Below, in pieces: positions 8,679 through 16,493 of a DNA stretch of 64,000 nt. The translations under genes and the position numbers were made by a program. The DNA is from Clostridia bacterium. Lineage in GTDB: Bacteria > Bacillota > Clostridia > TANB77 > CAG-508. Each line of letters begins with the position of its first letter. Position 1 is the first letter of the stretch. Location: NCBI GenBank assembly GCA_017517685.1, contig JAFWYK010000003.1, forward strand, positions 4,860-68,859, in the 5' to 3' direction. The notes beneath the pieces were generated by a model. That model was given only the letters and a program-made list of their open reading frames with translations, had not been told where the DNA came from and made no database searches.

Positions 8679-10013
8679 ATGTCAGAATTAATTTTATTAT
8701 TTGTATTAATTTTAGCTAATGCTTATTTTGCTGCAGCAGAGATAGCATTTATATCATTAAATGATGCTAAACTTGATGTGCAAGTGAAAGAAGGAAATAA
8801 AAAAGCTAAATCAATTAAGAAAATATTAGAAAATCCAAGTAAGTTTTTAGCAACAATTCAAATTGGAATTACTCTTGCAGGATTTTTATCAAGTGCGTTT
8901 GCATCTGAAGCTTTTGCAAGTGAACTTGCACCAATACTATATGGATGGATGCCATTCTTTACTGTAGAAGTATGGAATAGTATATCAATTGTATTAATTA
9001 CAATTATTCTTTCATATTTTACATTAGTACTTGGAGAATTAGTTCCAAAAAGAATTGCAATGAAATATTATGAGAAAATTGCATTTAGTACAGTTAGAGT
9101 TATTAGAACAATAGCTATAGTAGCTTCACCATTTGTTAAATTCTTAACTTTTTCAACAAACGTTGTTTCTAAATTATTTGGTGTATCTGAAATAGAAGAA
9201 GAAACAGTAACTGAAGAAGAAATTAGAATGATGGTTGATGTTGGTGAAGAAAAAGGTGCAATTGATAAAGAAGAAAAAGAAATGATCAATAACGTTTTTG
9301 AATTCAATGATAAAGTTGTTTCAGAAATCATGGTTCCAAGAACTGAAATATATGCTGTTGATATGAACTTATCAATTTCTAAAGTATTAGAAGAAATTAC
9401 AGATGATGATGATTTTAGATATAGTAGAATTCCAGTATATGATGAAACAATAGATGAAATCAAAGGTGTTGTTTATATCAAAGATATCTTACTTTCAACA
9501 AAAAACAAAAATGTTAAAATTAAAAATTTAGTTAAAGAAGCTTATTATGTACCTGAAACTAAACCACTTAATGAATTATTTAATGAACTTAGAAAAAATA
9601 GAAAACAAATCGCAATCGTTGTTGACGAGTACGGTGGAACTGCCGGTGTAGTTACAATGGAAGATATTCTAGAAGAAATCGTTGGTGAAATCTATGACGA
9701 ATATGATGAAGTAGAAAAGATATTCGAAAAAATAGATGAAAATACATTTAGACTAAGTGGAAGTATGTCAGTATCAGATGTTGAAAAAGTATTAGACACA
9801 GCAATTCCTGAAGGAGACTATGATACATTATCTGGATATTTAGTTGAACTATTAGGAAGAATTCCAGATGATAAAGAAAGATCAACAATTGAAACTCCTG
9901 GTGTTACATATAAAATAGAAAAAGCAGAAGACATGAGAATTGTAAGTGTTAAAGCTACAAAAATAGTTGTTGAAGAGCCAGAAGACGAAGAAGATTTAGA
10001 AGATGAAGAATAA
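8679..10013 (+). CDS. CNNM/DUF21-CBS-CorC_HlyC family transporter (hemolysin-like, TlyC/CorC type)
   Basis: N-terminal four-TM DUF21-like region; CBS pair (VSEIMVPRTEI ... IPVYDE ...); C-terminal CorC/HlyC-like domain; acidic tail. Confidence 0.8.
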   Translation: MSELILLFVLILANAYFAAAEIAFISLNDAKLDVQVKEGNKKAKSIKKILENPSKFLATIQIGITLAGFLSSAFASEAFASELAPILYGWMPFFTVEVWNSISIVLITIILSYFTLVLGELVPKRIAMKYYEKIAFSTVRVIRTIAIVASPFVKFLTFSTNVVSKLFGVSEIEEETVTEEEIRMMVDVGEEKGAIDKEEKEMINNVFEFNDKVVSEIMVPRTEIYAVDMNLSISKVLEEITDDDDFRYSRIPVYDETIDEIKGVVYIKDILLSTKNKNVKIKNLVKEAYYVPETKPLNELFNELRKNRKQIAIVVDEYGGTAGVVTMEDILEEIVGEIYDEYDEVEKIFEKIDENTFRLSGSMSVSDVEKVLDTAIPEGDYDTLSGYLVELLGRIPDDKERSTIETPGVTYKIEKAEDMRIVSVKATKIVVEEPEDEEDLEDEE

Positions 10014-10022
10014 TAAAAGTTG

Positions 10023-10051
10023 AAGACGCTAAAAAACTAGCGTCTTTTTTA
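10023..10051 (+). terminator. Rho-independent terminator
   Basis: Stem AAGACGCT / AGCGTCTT followed by T6. Confidence 0.75.
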
Positions 10052-10188
10052 TGCCTTGAAAACATTGATATATAAAGGTTGTTAATTTTGGTTGACAAAT
10101 TTATAAGTAAAATTGGTAGAAAAAATAAGTTAGTAAATATATAATTAATTTAAGATAATTATCTATATATAAATGAGAGGAGATATAT

Positions 10189-11157
10189 ATGATATTTAAA
10201 GAAAAATTATTAGAGTTAAGAAAACAAAAAGGTTGGTCACAAGAAGAATTAGGATATAAATTAGATGTTTCAAGACAAACTATTTCAAAATGGGAATCAG
10301 GACAAAGCAGTCCTGAAATGGAAAAGTTAGTAAAGCTTTCTGAAATTTTTGAAATATCACTTGATGATCTTATAAAAGGAATTAAAATAGAAACTAAAAT
10401 AGATAAATCGCAATCAGTAGAAGAGAATAAAGAAGATAAAAATATTCAAAACACACAAATTAATAAAGTATGTAAAATAATATTTATTTTTGCTTTAACT
10501 GCTGCTTTTATTTTTTTAGGAATAGTTCTAATTAGAATGGCAAAATTAAATAGTATAAATAATGCACTTAATCACTTATGTGATAGTACAAATTATAGAA
10601 TTACAGAAAATAGTGATGTTATAAATGGTGGTATGAATCAAATTGATGATGGATATGTTTTAGAGTATTATTCTTATGGAAATAATAAAATGGTTCAAGA
10701 TGGAACTATTTTTCCTGAGTCATTTAAAAAATATTTTATTGCTGAAGAGAATGCTTATTATGAATTTAATATAGAATCTAAATCTTATAATAAAGTCTTA
10801 ATTGATACAATTGAAAACGAAGAAAAATATTTAACATTTAATAATAAAAATTATAATGTTTATAGATTAGTAGTAGATAATATTAATTTAGCATCTTCTT
10901 TAAATAGATTTAAAATTGCAATTGATTTTTCATATAAAATTAATTTATTAGGACAAAGAATTTCTATACTTAGAAATAATGTAAAATATGATGTTATGGT
11001 AGATAAAGATAATAAGGATATTGTATTATACGTATTTGAATATGATGAAAAGAATAAAAGTAATTATAAAATGATTTCTTATATTGTTAATTATGATTTG
11101 GTAACAGAAGAAATATTAAAATTACCAGATTTAAATGAATATACACTTGTTCAGTAA
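10189..11157 (+). CDS. XRE-family HTH regulator with one TM helix and an extracytoplasmic domain
   Basis: HTH_3 signature [45 protein letters not shown]; hydrophobic segment [22 protein letters not shown]; C-terminal domain shared with the next ORF. Confidence 0.75.
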   Translation: MIFKEKLLELRKQKGWSQEELGYKLDVSRQTISKWESGQSSPEMEKLVKLSEIFEISLDDLIKGIKIETKIDKSQSVEENKEDKNIQNTQINKVCKIIFIFALTAAFIFLGIVLIRMAKLNSINNALNHLCDSTNYRITENSDVINGGMNQIDDGYVLEYYSYGNNKMVQDGTIFPESFKKYFIAEENAYYEFNIESKSYNKVLIDTIENEEKYLTFNNKNYNVYRLVVDNINLASSLNRFKIAIDFSYKINLLGQRISILRNNVKYDVMVDKDNKDIVLYVFEYDEKNKSNYKMISYIVNYDLVTEEILKLPDLNEYTLVQ

Positions 11158-11265
11158 AATTATATAATAAAGAGCTGATAAAAAAGTTTTAGATTTTTAT
11201 TAATATGTGGAAAAAAGTTATAAGTATATGTATAATTAATTTAGATTACAAAGGAGGAATCTAGT

Positions 11266-11985
11266 ATGGAATCTAAAAAGAAATCTAAAAAATCACTATT
11301 AATTGTACTAGTTATATTTGTTGCTATAGTATTTGTAATTTTTACTGGCACGGTTATATTTAGAATGGTAAAGATTAATATTATAGCAGACAAAATAGAA
11401 ATATTATGGGATAATACAGGAAAGATGAATTATCGAATTGATGAGATTTATAGTATTTCTAATATAGATATAGAAAAAACAAAAGATAGCTATTATAGAG
11501 AGTATTATTCATATGGACTAGATAAGATGATGATACCTAAAAATTTATCATTAGATACAGTAACATATGTAAATTTAGAACAAGCTAAAGTTCAAGAGTT
11601 TAATAATTTAACGAAAGAATATAAAGAGATTCCACTACTAGAAGCTGATCAAGCATTAGTAGAAAATGTTTCCAATAAACATATACAAATGTATAGATCA
11701 ATTACAGAAAATATAAAAATGCGTAGTTTTGAAGAAAAACTTAAAATCGCACTTGATTTTTCATATAAAATTTCTAAAAAAGGACTTGGTTTTATAGTAG
11801 AAAAGAATAATGTTATGTTTGATTTAGTAATAACTAATGATGATAAAATAAGGTTTACAAGAACCGTGTATGATATAGAAAACAGAGCTAATTATAAATT
11901 ATTTGAATATAATATTACATTAAATATTGTTTCTGAATCAATTATGAAAAGACCAGATATAAATGAATATACTAAAGTTGAATAA
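11266..11985 (+). CDS. Membrane-anchored paralog of the C-terminal domain of the preceding XRE protein
   Basis: N-terminal TM helix. Motifs shared with 10189-11157: EYYSYG.(N/D)KM, (K/F)KIA(I/L)DFSYKI, NYK and PD(L/I)NEYT.V at the C-terminus. Confidence 0.6.
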   Translation: MESKKKSKKSLLIVLVIFVAIVFVIFTGTVIFRMVKINIIADKIEILWDNTGKMNYRIDEIYSISNIDIEKTKDSYYREYYSYGLDKMMIPKNLSLDTVTYVNLEQAKVQEFNNLTKEYKEIPLLEADQALVENVSNKHIQMYRSITENIKMRSFEEKLKIALDFSYKISKKGLGFIVEKNNVMFDLVITNDDKIRFTRTVYDIENRANYKLFEYNITLNIVSESIMKRPDINEYTKVE

Positions 11986-12081
11986 TAAATTTTAATATGA
12001 TAATATAAATAAAAATATGGTATTAGTTTTAATATCATATTTTTAATTTTTGAAAATAAACTATAGATGGAGGAAATGATA

Positions 12082-12705
12082 ATGAAAGTTTTATTAATAA
12101 ATGGAAGTTCAAAAGAAGGGTGTACTTTTACTGCACTTTCTGAAGTTGCAAGAAGTTTAAATGAAGAGGGGATTGAAACAGAAATAATTAATCTTGGACC
12201 AAATGCAGTAAGAGATTGCGTTGGCTGTGGAATGTGCTCTAAAAACGGTAATGCAAGATGCATTTTTGATGATGATATAGTAAATAGAATTATTGAGAAG
12301 GCTGAAGAGGCTGATGGTTTTGTATTTGGAACACCAGTATATTATGCTCATCCAACAGGAAGAATACTATCAGTACTTGATAGAGCATTTTATGCAGGAA
12401 AGAAAGTATTTCAATTTAAACCAGGAGCAAGTATTGCTAGTGCTAGACGTGGAGGAACAACAGCATCATTTGATGTTTTAAATAAATACTTTACAATTAG
12501 TCAAATGCCAGTAGTATCTTCTACATATTGGAACAATGTTCATGGAAATACTCCAGAAGAAGTAAAACAAGATTTAGAAGGTATGAGGACAATGTATAAT
12601 CTTGGAAAAAATATGGCATGGCTTTTAAAATGTATTAAGTCAGGAAAAGAAAATGGAATTAATACACCTGAAAACAAAGTTGAAAGAACAAATTTTATAA
12701 GATAA
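12082..12705 (+). CDS. NADPH-dependent FMN reductase / iron-sulfur flavoprotein family
   Basis: MKVLLINGSSKEGCT flavodoxin-like start; Cys cluster RDCVGCGMCSKNGNARC. GGAGG lies 8 nt before ATG 12082, while the ORF-track start 12067 lacks an RBS. Confidence 0.7.
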   Translation: MKVLLINGSSKEGCTFTALSEVARSLNEEGIETEIINLGPNAVRDCVGCGMCSKNGNARCIFDDDIVNRIIEKAEEADGFVFGTPVYYAHPTGRILSVLDRAFYAGKKVFQFKPGASIASARRGGTTASFDVLNKYFTISQMPVVSSTYWNNVHGNTPEEVKQDLEGMRTMYNLGKNMAWLLKCIKSGKENGINTPENKVERTNFIR

Positions 12706-12716
12706 AAGAGTAAGTT

Positions 12717-12877
12717 TACAAAAATGTGATAAATTCACTCTAAAATGCTTGCAAAAATGTGATAAATTTGCTAAAAAATGCTGCAAAAATGTGATTTTTT
12801 CGTTAAAAAACGTTGCAAAAACGTGATAAAAAACTCTAAAATACTTGCAAAAACAAGTAAAAATGGGTATAATATAA
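12717..12877 (+). repeat. Five tandem, degenerate ~32-bp repeats (T[G/A]CAAAAA[T/C]GTGATAAA...)
   Basis: Units start at 12717, 12750, 12782, 12814 and 12846 (period 32-33). The last unit supplies TTGCAA (12845-12850), then 17 nt, then TATAAT (12868-12873). Confidence 0.85.
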
Positions 12878-12903
12878 TTAAGGATATATAATATAGTGAT
12901 GAG

Positions 12904-14232
12904 GTGATTGAATTGCGTAGATATATAATGGATAAATTAATTGATTGGAAAAAAAGAGCCAATAGAAAACCATTAATATTAAAGGGTGCAAGACAAGTTG
13001 GAAAGACATATATATTAAAGGAATTTGGTAAAGAAAATTATGAAAATATAGCTTATTTTAACTTTGATCATGATGAAGCATTAAAAGAATTGTTTTTAAA
13101 TACAAAAGATCCAAAAAGAATTTTAGAGCAATTGGTTTTTGCTACAGGTAAGTTAATAAAACCAGAAAAGACTTTAATAATTTTGGATGAAATACAAGAA
13201 TGCTCAGAGGCGGTAACATCGCTTAAGTATTTTCAAGAAGATGCAAATGAATATCATATTGTGTGCGCAGGAAGTTATTTAAATGTAAAACAGTTACATA
13301 CATCATTTCCTGTAGGAAAAGTAGATTTTTTAGAAATGTTTCCAATGACATTTTCGGAATTCTTATTAGCTGATGGACAAGAAAATTTAGTAAGTTATAT
13401 GGAATCGATTAATAAAATAGAAAAAATACCAGATATAATTTTTAATCAATTAAATGAAAAGATAAAGTCTTATTTTATAATTGGTGGTATGCCTGAAGTT
13501 GTAAAAACTTGGGTTGCAACAAAAGATATACAAGAAGTTAATAGAATTCAAAAACAAATATTAAAAGGTTATGAAGATGATTTTGGAAAACATGTAGATA
13601 TAACAAGTTTACAAGCAAAGATATCAATTATATTGGATAGTATAGTATCTCAACTTGCAAAAGAGAATAAAAAATTTTTGTATCAAGTAGCTAAAGATGG
13701 AGCTAGAGCAAGAGAATATGAAGATGCTGTAAATTGGTTAAATAATTCAAATATAGTTAATAAAGTATTTAATGTAACAAAACCAGATTTTCCACTTAAT
13801 GCATATACAGATTTAAGTAGTTTTAAATTATATATGTTAGATGTTGGACTATTAAGAAGAAAAGCAAATCTTGATTCAAGAATTGTTATAGAAGGTAATA
13901 GATTATTTGAAGAATTTAAAGGAGCTTTAACAGAGAATTTTGTTTTAAATATGCTTATTTCTAAATTTGAAGAAAAACCAAATTATTATACTTTTGATAG
14001 AAGTGAAATTGATTTTGTTATACAAAATAAAAATGAAATAATACCAGTTGAAGTTAAATCAGGTGAGAACATTAATAATATTAGTTTAATAAAATTTAAT
14101 GAAATAAATGGTAATAAGATTTCTGTAAGATTTTCTACTAAAAATTTAGATAAAAGTGGAAAAATATTAAATATTCCGATATTTATGGTCGAATATATTG
14201 ATAAATTAATTGATATTGGAATAGAAGAATAA
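12904..14232 (+). CDS. AAA-family ATPase of the DUF4143-containing type
   Basis: Walker A ILKGARQVGKTY and Walker B LIILDEIQ. The C-terminal EIDFVI...IPVEVKSG nuclease-like fold signature is typical of this family (recollection). The start may be TTG 12913, after GAGGTG. Confidence 0.7.
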   Translation: MIELRRYIMDKLIDWKKRANRKPLILKGARQVGKTYILKEFGKENYENIAYFNFDHDEALKELFLNTKDPKRILEQLVFATGKLIKPEKTLIILDEIQECSEAVTSLKYFQEDANEYHIVCAGSYLNVKQLHTSFPVGKVDFLEMFPMTFSEFLLADGQENLVSYMESINKIEKIPDIIFNQLNEKIKSYFIIGGMPEVVKTWVATKDIQEVNRIQKQILKGYEDDFGKHVDITSLQAKISIILDSIVSQLAKENKKFLYQVAKDGARAREYEDAVNWLNNSNIVNKVFNVTKPDFPLNAYTDLSSFKLYMLDVGLLRRKANLDSRIVIEGNRLFEEFKGALTENFVLNMLISKFEEKPNYYTFDRSEIDFVIQNKNEIIPVEVKSGENINNISLIKFNEINGNKISVRFSTKNLDKSGKILNIPIFMVEYIDKLIDIGIEE

Positions 14233-14237
14233 GTTTT

Positions 14238-14263
14238 AATAGCGGCTATGAATAGCCGCTATT
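14238..14263. terminator. Bidirectional hairpin terminator
   Basis: Near-perfect palindrome AATAGCGGCTAT-GA-ATAGCCGCTATT between convergent genes. Confidence 0.7.
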
Positions 14264-14271
14264 TTGGTTAT

Positions 14272-14892
14272 TTAATTATTGCATCCACAACCGCAATCAT
14301 TAGTATTTGAATTCATAAAGAATTTATTTCTTTGGTACATTTTTTCTTGAATATCATTTAAAGTTTCACCAAATCTTTGGAAGTGAACAACTTCACGTTG
14401 TCTTAAATATTTTAAAACATCTACAACATCTTTTTCATCTTTAGATAAGTCTATAAGTTTTTCATAAGTTGCACGAGCTTTTTGCTCAGCAGCTAAATCT
14501 TCTGTTAAATCAGCAATTGGATCACCTTTTACAGCAATTGATGCAGCTGAAAAAGGAAAACCACTAGCTGCTTGAGGATAAACACCCCAGCCATGATCTG
14601 TATAGTATGAGTCAAGACCAGCTTCTCTCATTTCTTCTGGCGAAGCACCATCTGTTAATTGATGAAGAAGGGTGCCTACCATCTCCAAGTGAGAAAGTTC
14701 TTCAGTGCCTATATCGTTAAGAACAGCTTTACCTTTTTGATCTGGCATACCAAATCTTTGTGATAAATAACGAAGTGATGCACCAAGTTCTCCGTCAGGA
14801 CCACCATATTGGCTGATGATTACTTTAGCAAGTTTTGGATTTCTATGCTTGATATTTATTGGATATTGTAAGCTTTTTACATAGTTATACAT
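14272..14892 (-). CDS. cotJC: Spore coat protein CotJC (manganese-catalase family)
   Basis: Starts MYNYVKSLQYPINIK; di-metal motifs ELSHLEMVG and EVVHFQRF. The start ATG overlaps the cotJB stop (TTAATG). Confidence 0.85.
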   Translation of the reverse strand: MYNYVKSLQYPINIKHRNPKLAKVIISQYGGPDGELGASLRYLSQRFGMPDQKGKAVLNDIGTEELSHLEMVGTLLHQLTDGASPEEMREAGLDSYYTDHGWGVYPQAASGFPFSAASIAVKGDPIADLTEDLAAEQKARATYEKLIDLSKDEKDVVDVLKYLRQREVVHFQRFGETLNDIQEKMYQRNKFFMNSNTNDCGCGCNN

Positions 14893-15173
14893 TAATAAGC
14901 ACCCCTTTCCCAAGGCCATGGATTATTAATCCAGTTCCATTCATTGGAGTTTGAATCAATATTAGTAAGTGGCCCATAATTTTCTTGATATTCATCAGTT
15001 AGATTTTGCATTTTCATGCTATATTCATTATGAAGAGCTAAAGCTTTTCTATCACAAGGGTGAGTATCTAAATAAAGAGCTAAGTCATTAACGCTAAATG
15101 CTAGACTCATTATTTCGTGAAGTAATTCATCTTTTGATAAATCTGGTTTTCCTTCTAAACAATTACATTCCAT
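14892..15173 (-). CDS. cotJB: Spore coat protein CotJB
   Basis: LLHEIMSLAFSVNDLALYLDTHPCDRKALALHNEY is the typical CotJB core; position between cotJA and cotJC. Confidence 0.8.
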   Translation of the reverse strand: MECNCLEGKPDLSKDELLHEIMSLAFSVNDLALYLDTHPCDRKALALHNEYSMKMQNLTDEYQENYGPLTNIDSNSNEWNWINNPWPWERGAY

Positions 15174-15435
15174 TTTGGCAACCTCCTTGTTTTAGATAAT
15201 TTATAAAACGAATAGAGTCATCTGGCTCATAAGGACTAACAAGTTCAGGAAATATAGTTCCGTTTCTTAAACCGCATGATGGCTCAAAGGTTTCATTAAT
15301 TTGTTGGTTTGGAGTATAGGCATATCCATAAAGATAATTTTCTGGAAATGCACCAAATCTATTTGGAATAGATGAACAAGCTTTTTTTATGCATCTACAC
15401 GAATTTTCTTTTGGTTTACAACATTTTCTACACAT
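15163..15435 (-). CDS. cotJA: Spore coat-associated protein CotJA
   Basis: YGYAYTPNQ...GTIFPELVSPY matches the CotJA signature; first gene of the operon with a GGAGG RBS. Confidence 0.75.
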   Translation of the reverse strand: MCRKCCKPKENSCRCIKKACSSIPNRFGAFPENYLYGYAYTPNQQINETFEPSCGLRNGTIFPELVSPYEPDDSIRFINYLKQGGCQNGM

Positions 15436-15590
15436 AAAAACCTCCTTTTTGAAATATTTATATTATAGTATATTAAAAACAAGCCTTAGGGTTGACATAA
15501 ATGTTGAAAAATACTTAAAAATGTGATATAATAAAGGAGTATGGTGCTTTTTATTTTACATAAAGTTAAAAAGCCCAAGGAAGGTTATAT

Positions 15591-16394
15591 ATGGAAAGTA
15601 AAATTAGTATAGAAACAAATGATAATTTCTTAAATTTTTTAATACTTGTATTAAGTGAATTTGAATCTAAAAAGATACAAGAAGACTTAGATAAAGTAAA
15701 GAAAATAGACTCAAATCACTATACAAAAAAATTAGAAATTGAAAGCTTAAGAAGTATTATTAAAAGTTATAAAGATGAAAAAAGAGATAAAGAAAATTCT
15801 ATCGAAAAACTTCTTGTATTAACACCAGGAAATCCAGATGTAGTGTTTAGTCTTTGTATAGAATGCTATAGACTAGATTTAGATATGGAAATTGTTATAG
15901 AAGACTTTTGTCTTGCTCAAAATATGTTAGTAGTAGAAGTGTTTAATAATATTTTTGAAAATATGAAATTTAAAAGAAGAATAAAACTGTTAAATAATAT
16001 TCCAGATAAAGATATTATCCATGAATCAATTAAGTTTGATAAGACAGTAGTCGTAGGAAATAGTAATCTTTATAGTAGACTAGAAAACGAAATGAAAATT
16101 AGTTTTTATCCATATGGAATATTTGAAATATATTCAGATACTGAAGAATTTGATGAACTAAAAGAAAAAATATATAGCATTTTAGATGAGAATATGTTTG
16201 AAGTAGAAGAATATGATGATGTGGTAAAAGAAAAAGTAATAGATAACTTAAATAAAACAAGTTATAAATTCTGTACACTTATATTAAGTAAAGATAAAGA
16301 ATTTGAAAAGAAAGCAAAAGAATCTTTAAATGCTAAATATGTAATAGTAAATAAAAATCCATTTAAAGAAATTAAATTTAAGTTAGAGATTTAA
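15591..16394 (+). CDS. Hypothetical protein
   Basis: Long ORF with an AGGAAGG RBS; no recognisable motif. Confidence 0.5.
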   Translation: MESKISIETNDNFLNFLILVLSEFESKKIQEDLDKVKKIDSNHYTKKLEIESLRSIIKSYKDEKRDKENSIEKLLVLTPGNPDVVFSLCIECYRLDLDMEIVIEDFCLAQNMLVVEVFNNIFENMKFKRRIKLLNNIPDKDIIHESIKFDKTVVVGNSNLYSRLENEMKISFYPYGIFEIYSDTEEFDELKEKIYSILDENMFEVEEYDDVVKEKVIDNLNKTSYKFCTLILSKDKEFEKKAKESLNAKYVIVNKNPFKEIKFKLEI

Positions 16395-16493
16395 TAGCTT
16401 TGAATAGATTGATAAACAATAAAAAAATAAAACTAAATAGTAAAAACAAAATAAGATAAAATAAAAATATTTATGAAGGGTTAAGTAGAGTAT

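Noticed and set aside
12717-12877. Possible CRISPR array, because of regularly spaced ~32-bp repeats.
   Set aside because: The units are directly contiguous with no unique spacers, they are degenerate, and no cas genes are nearby. This is a tandem repeat or operator array, not a CRISPR.
15449-15480. A fifth copy of the ECF-type promoter motif (TGAAATATTTATA...).
   Set aside because: The -35-like block is present but there is no GGACTCT at the +22 offset. It lies in the cotJ/15591 divergent intergenic region and is probably a chance AT-rich match.
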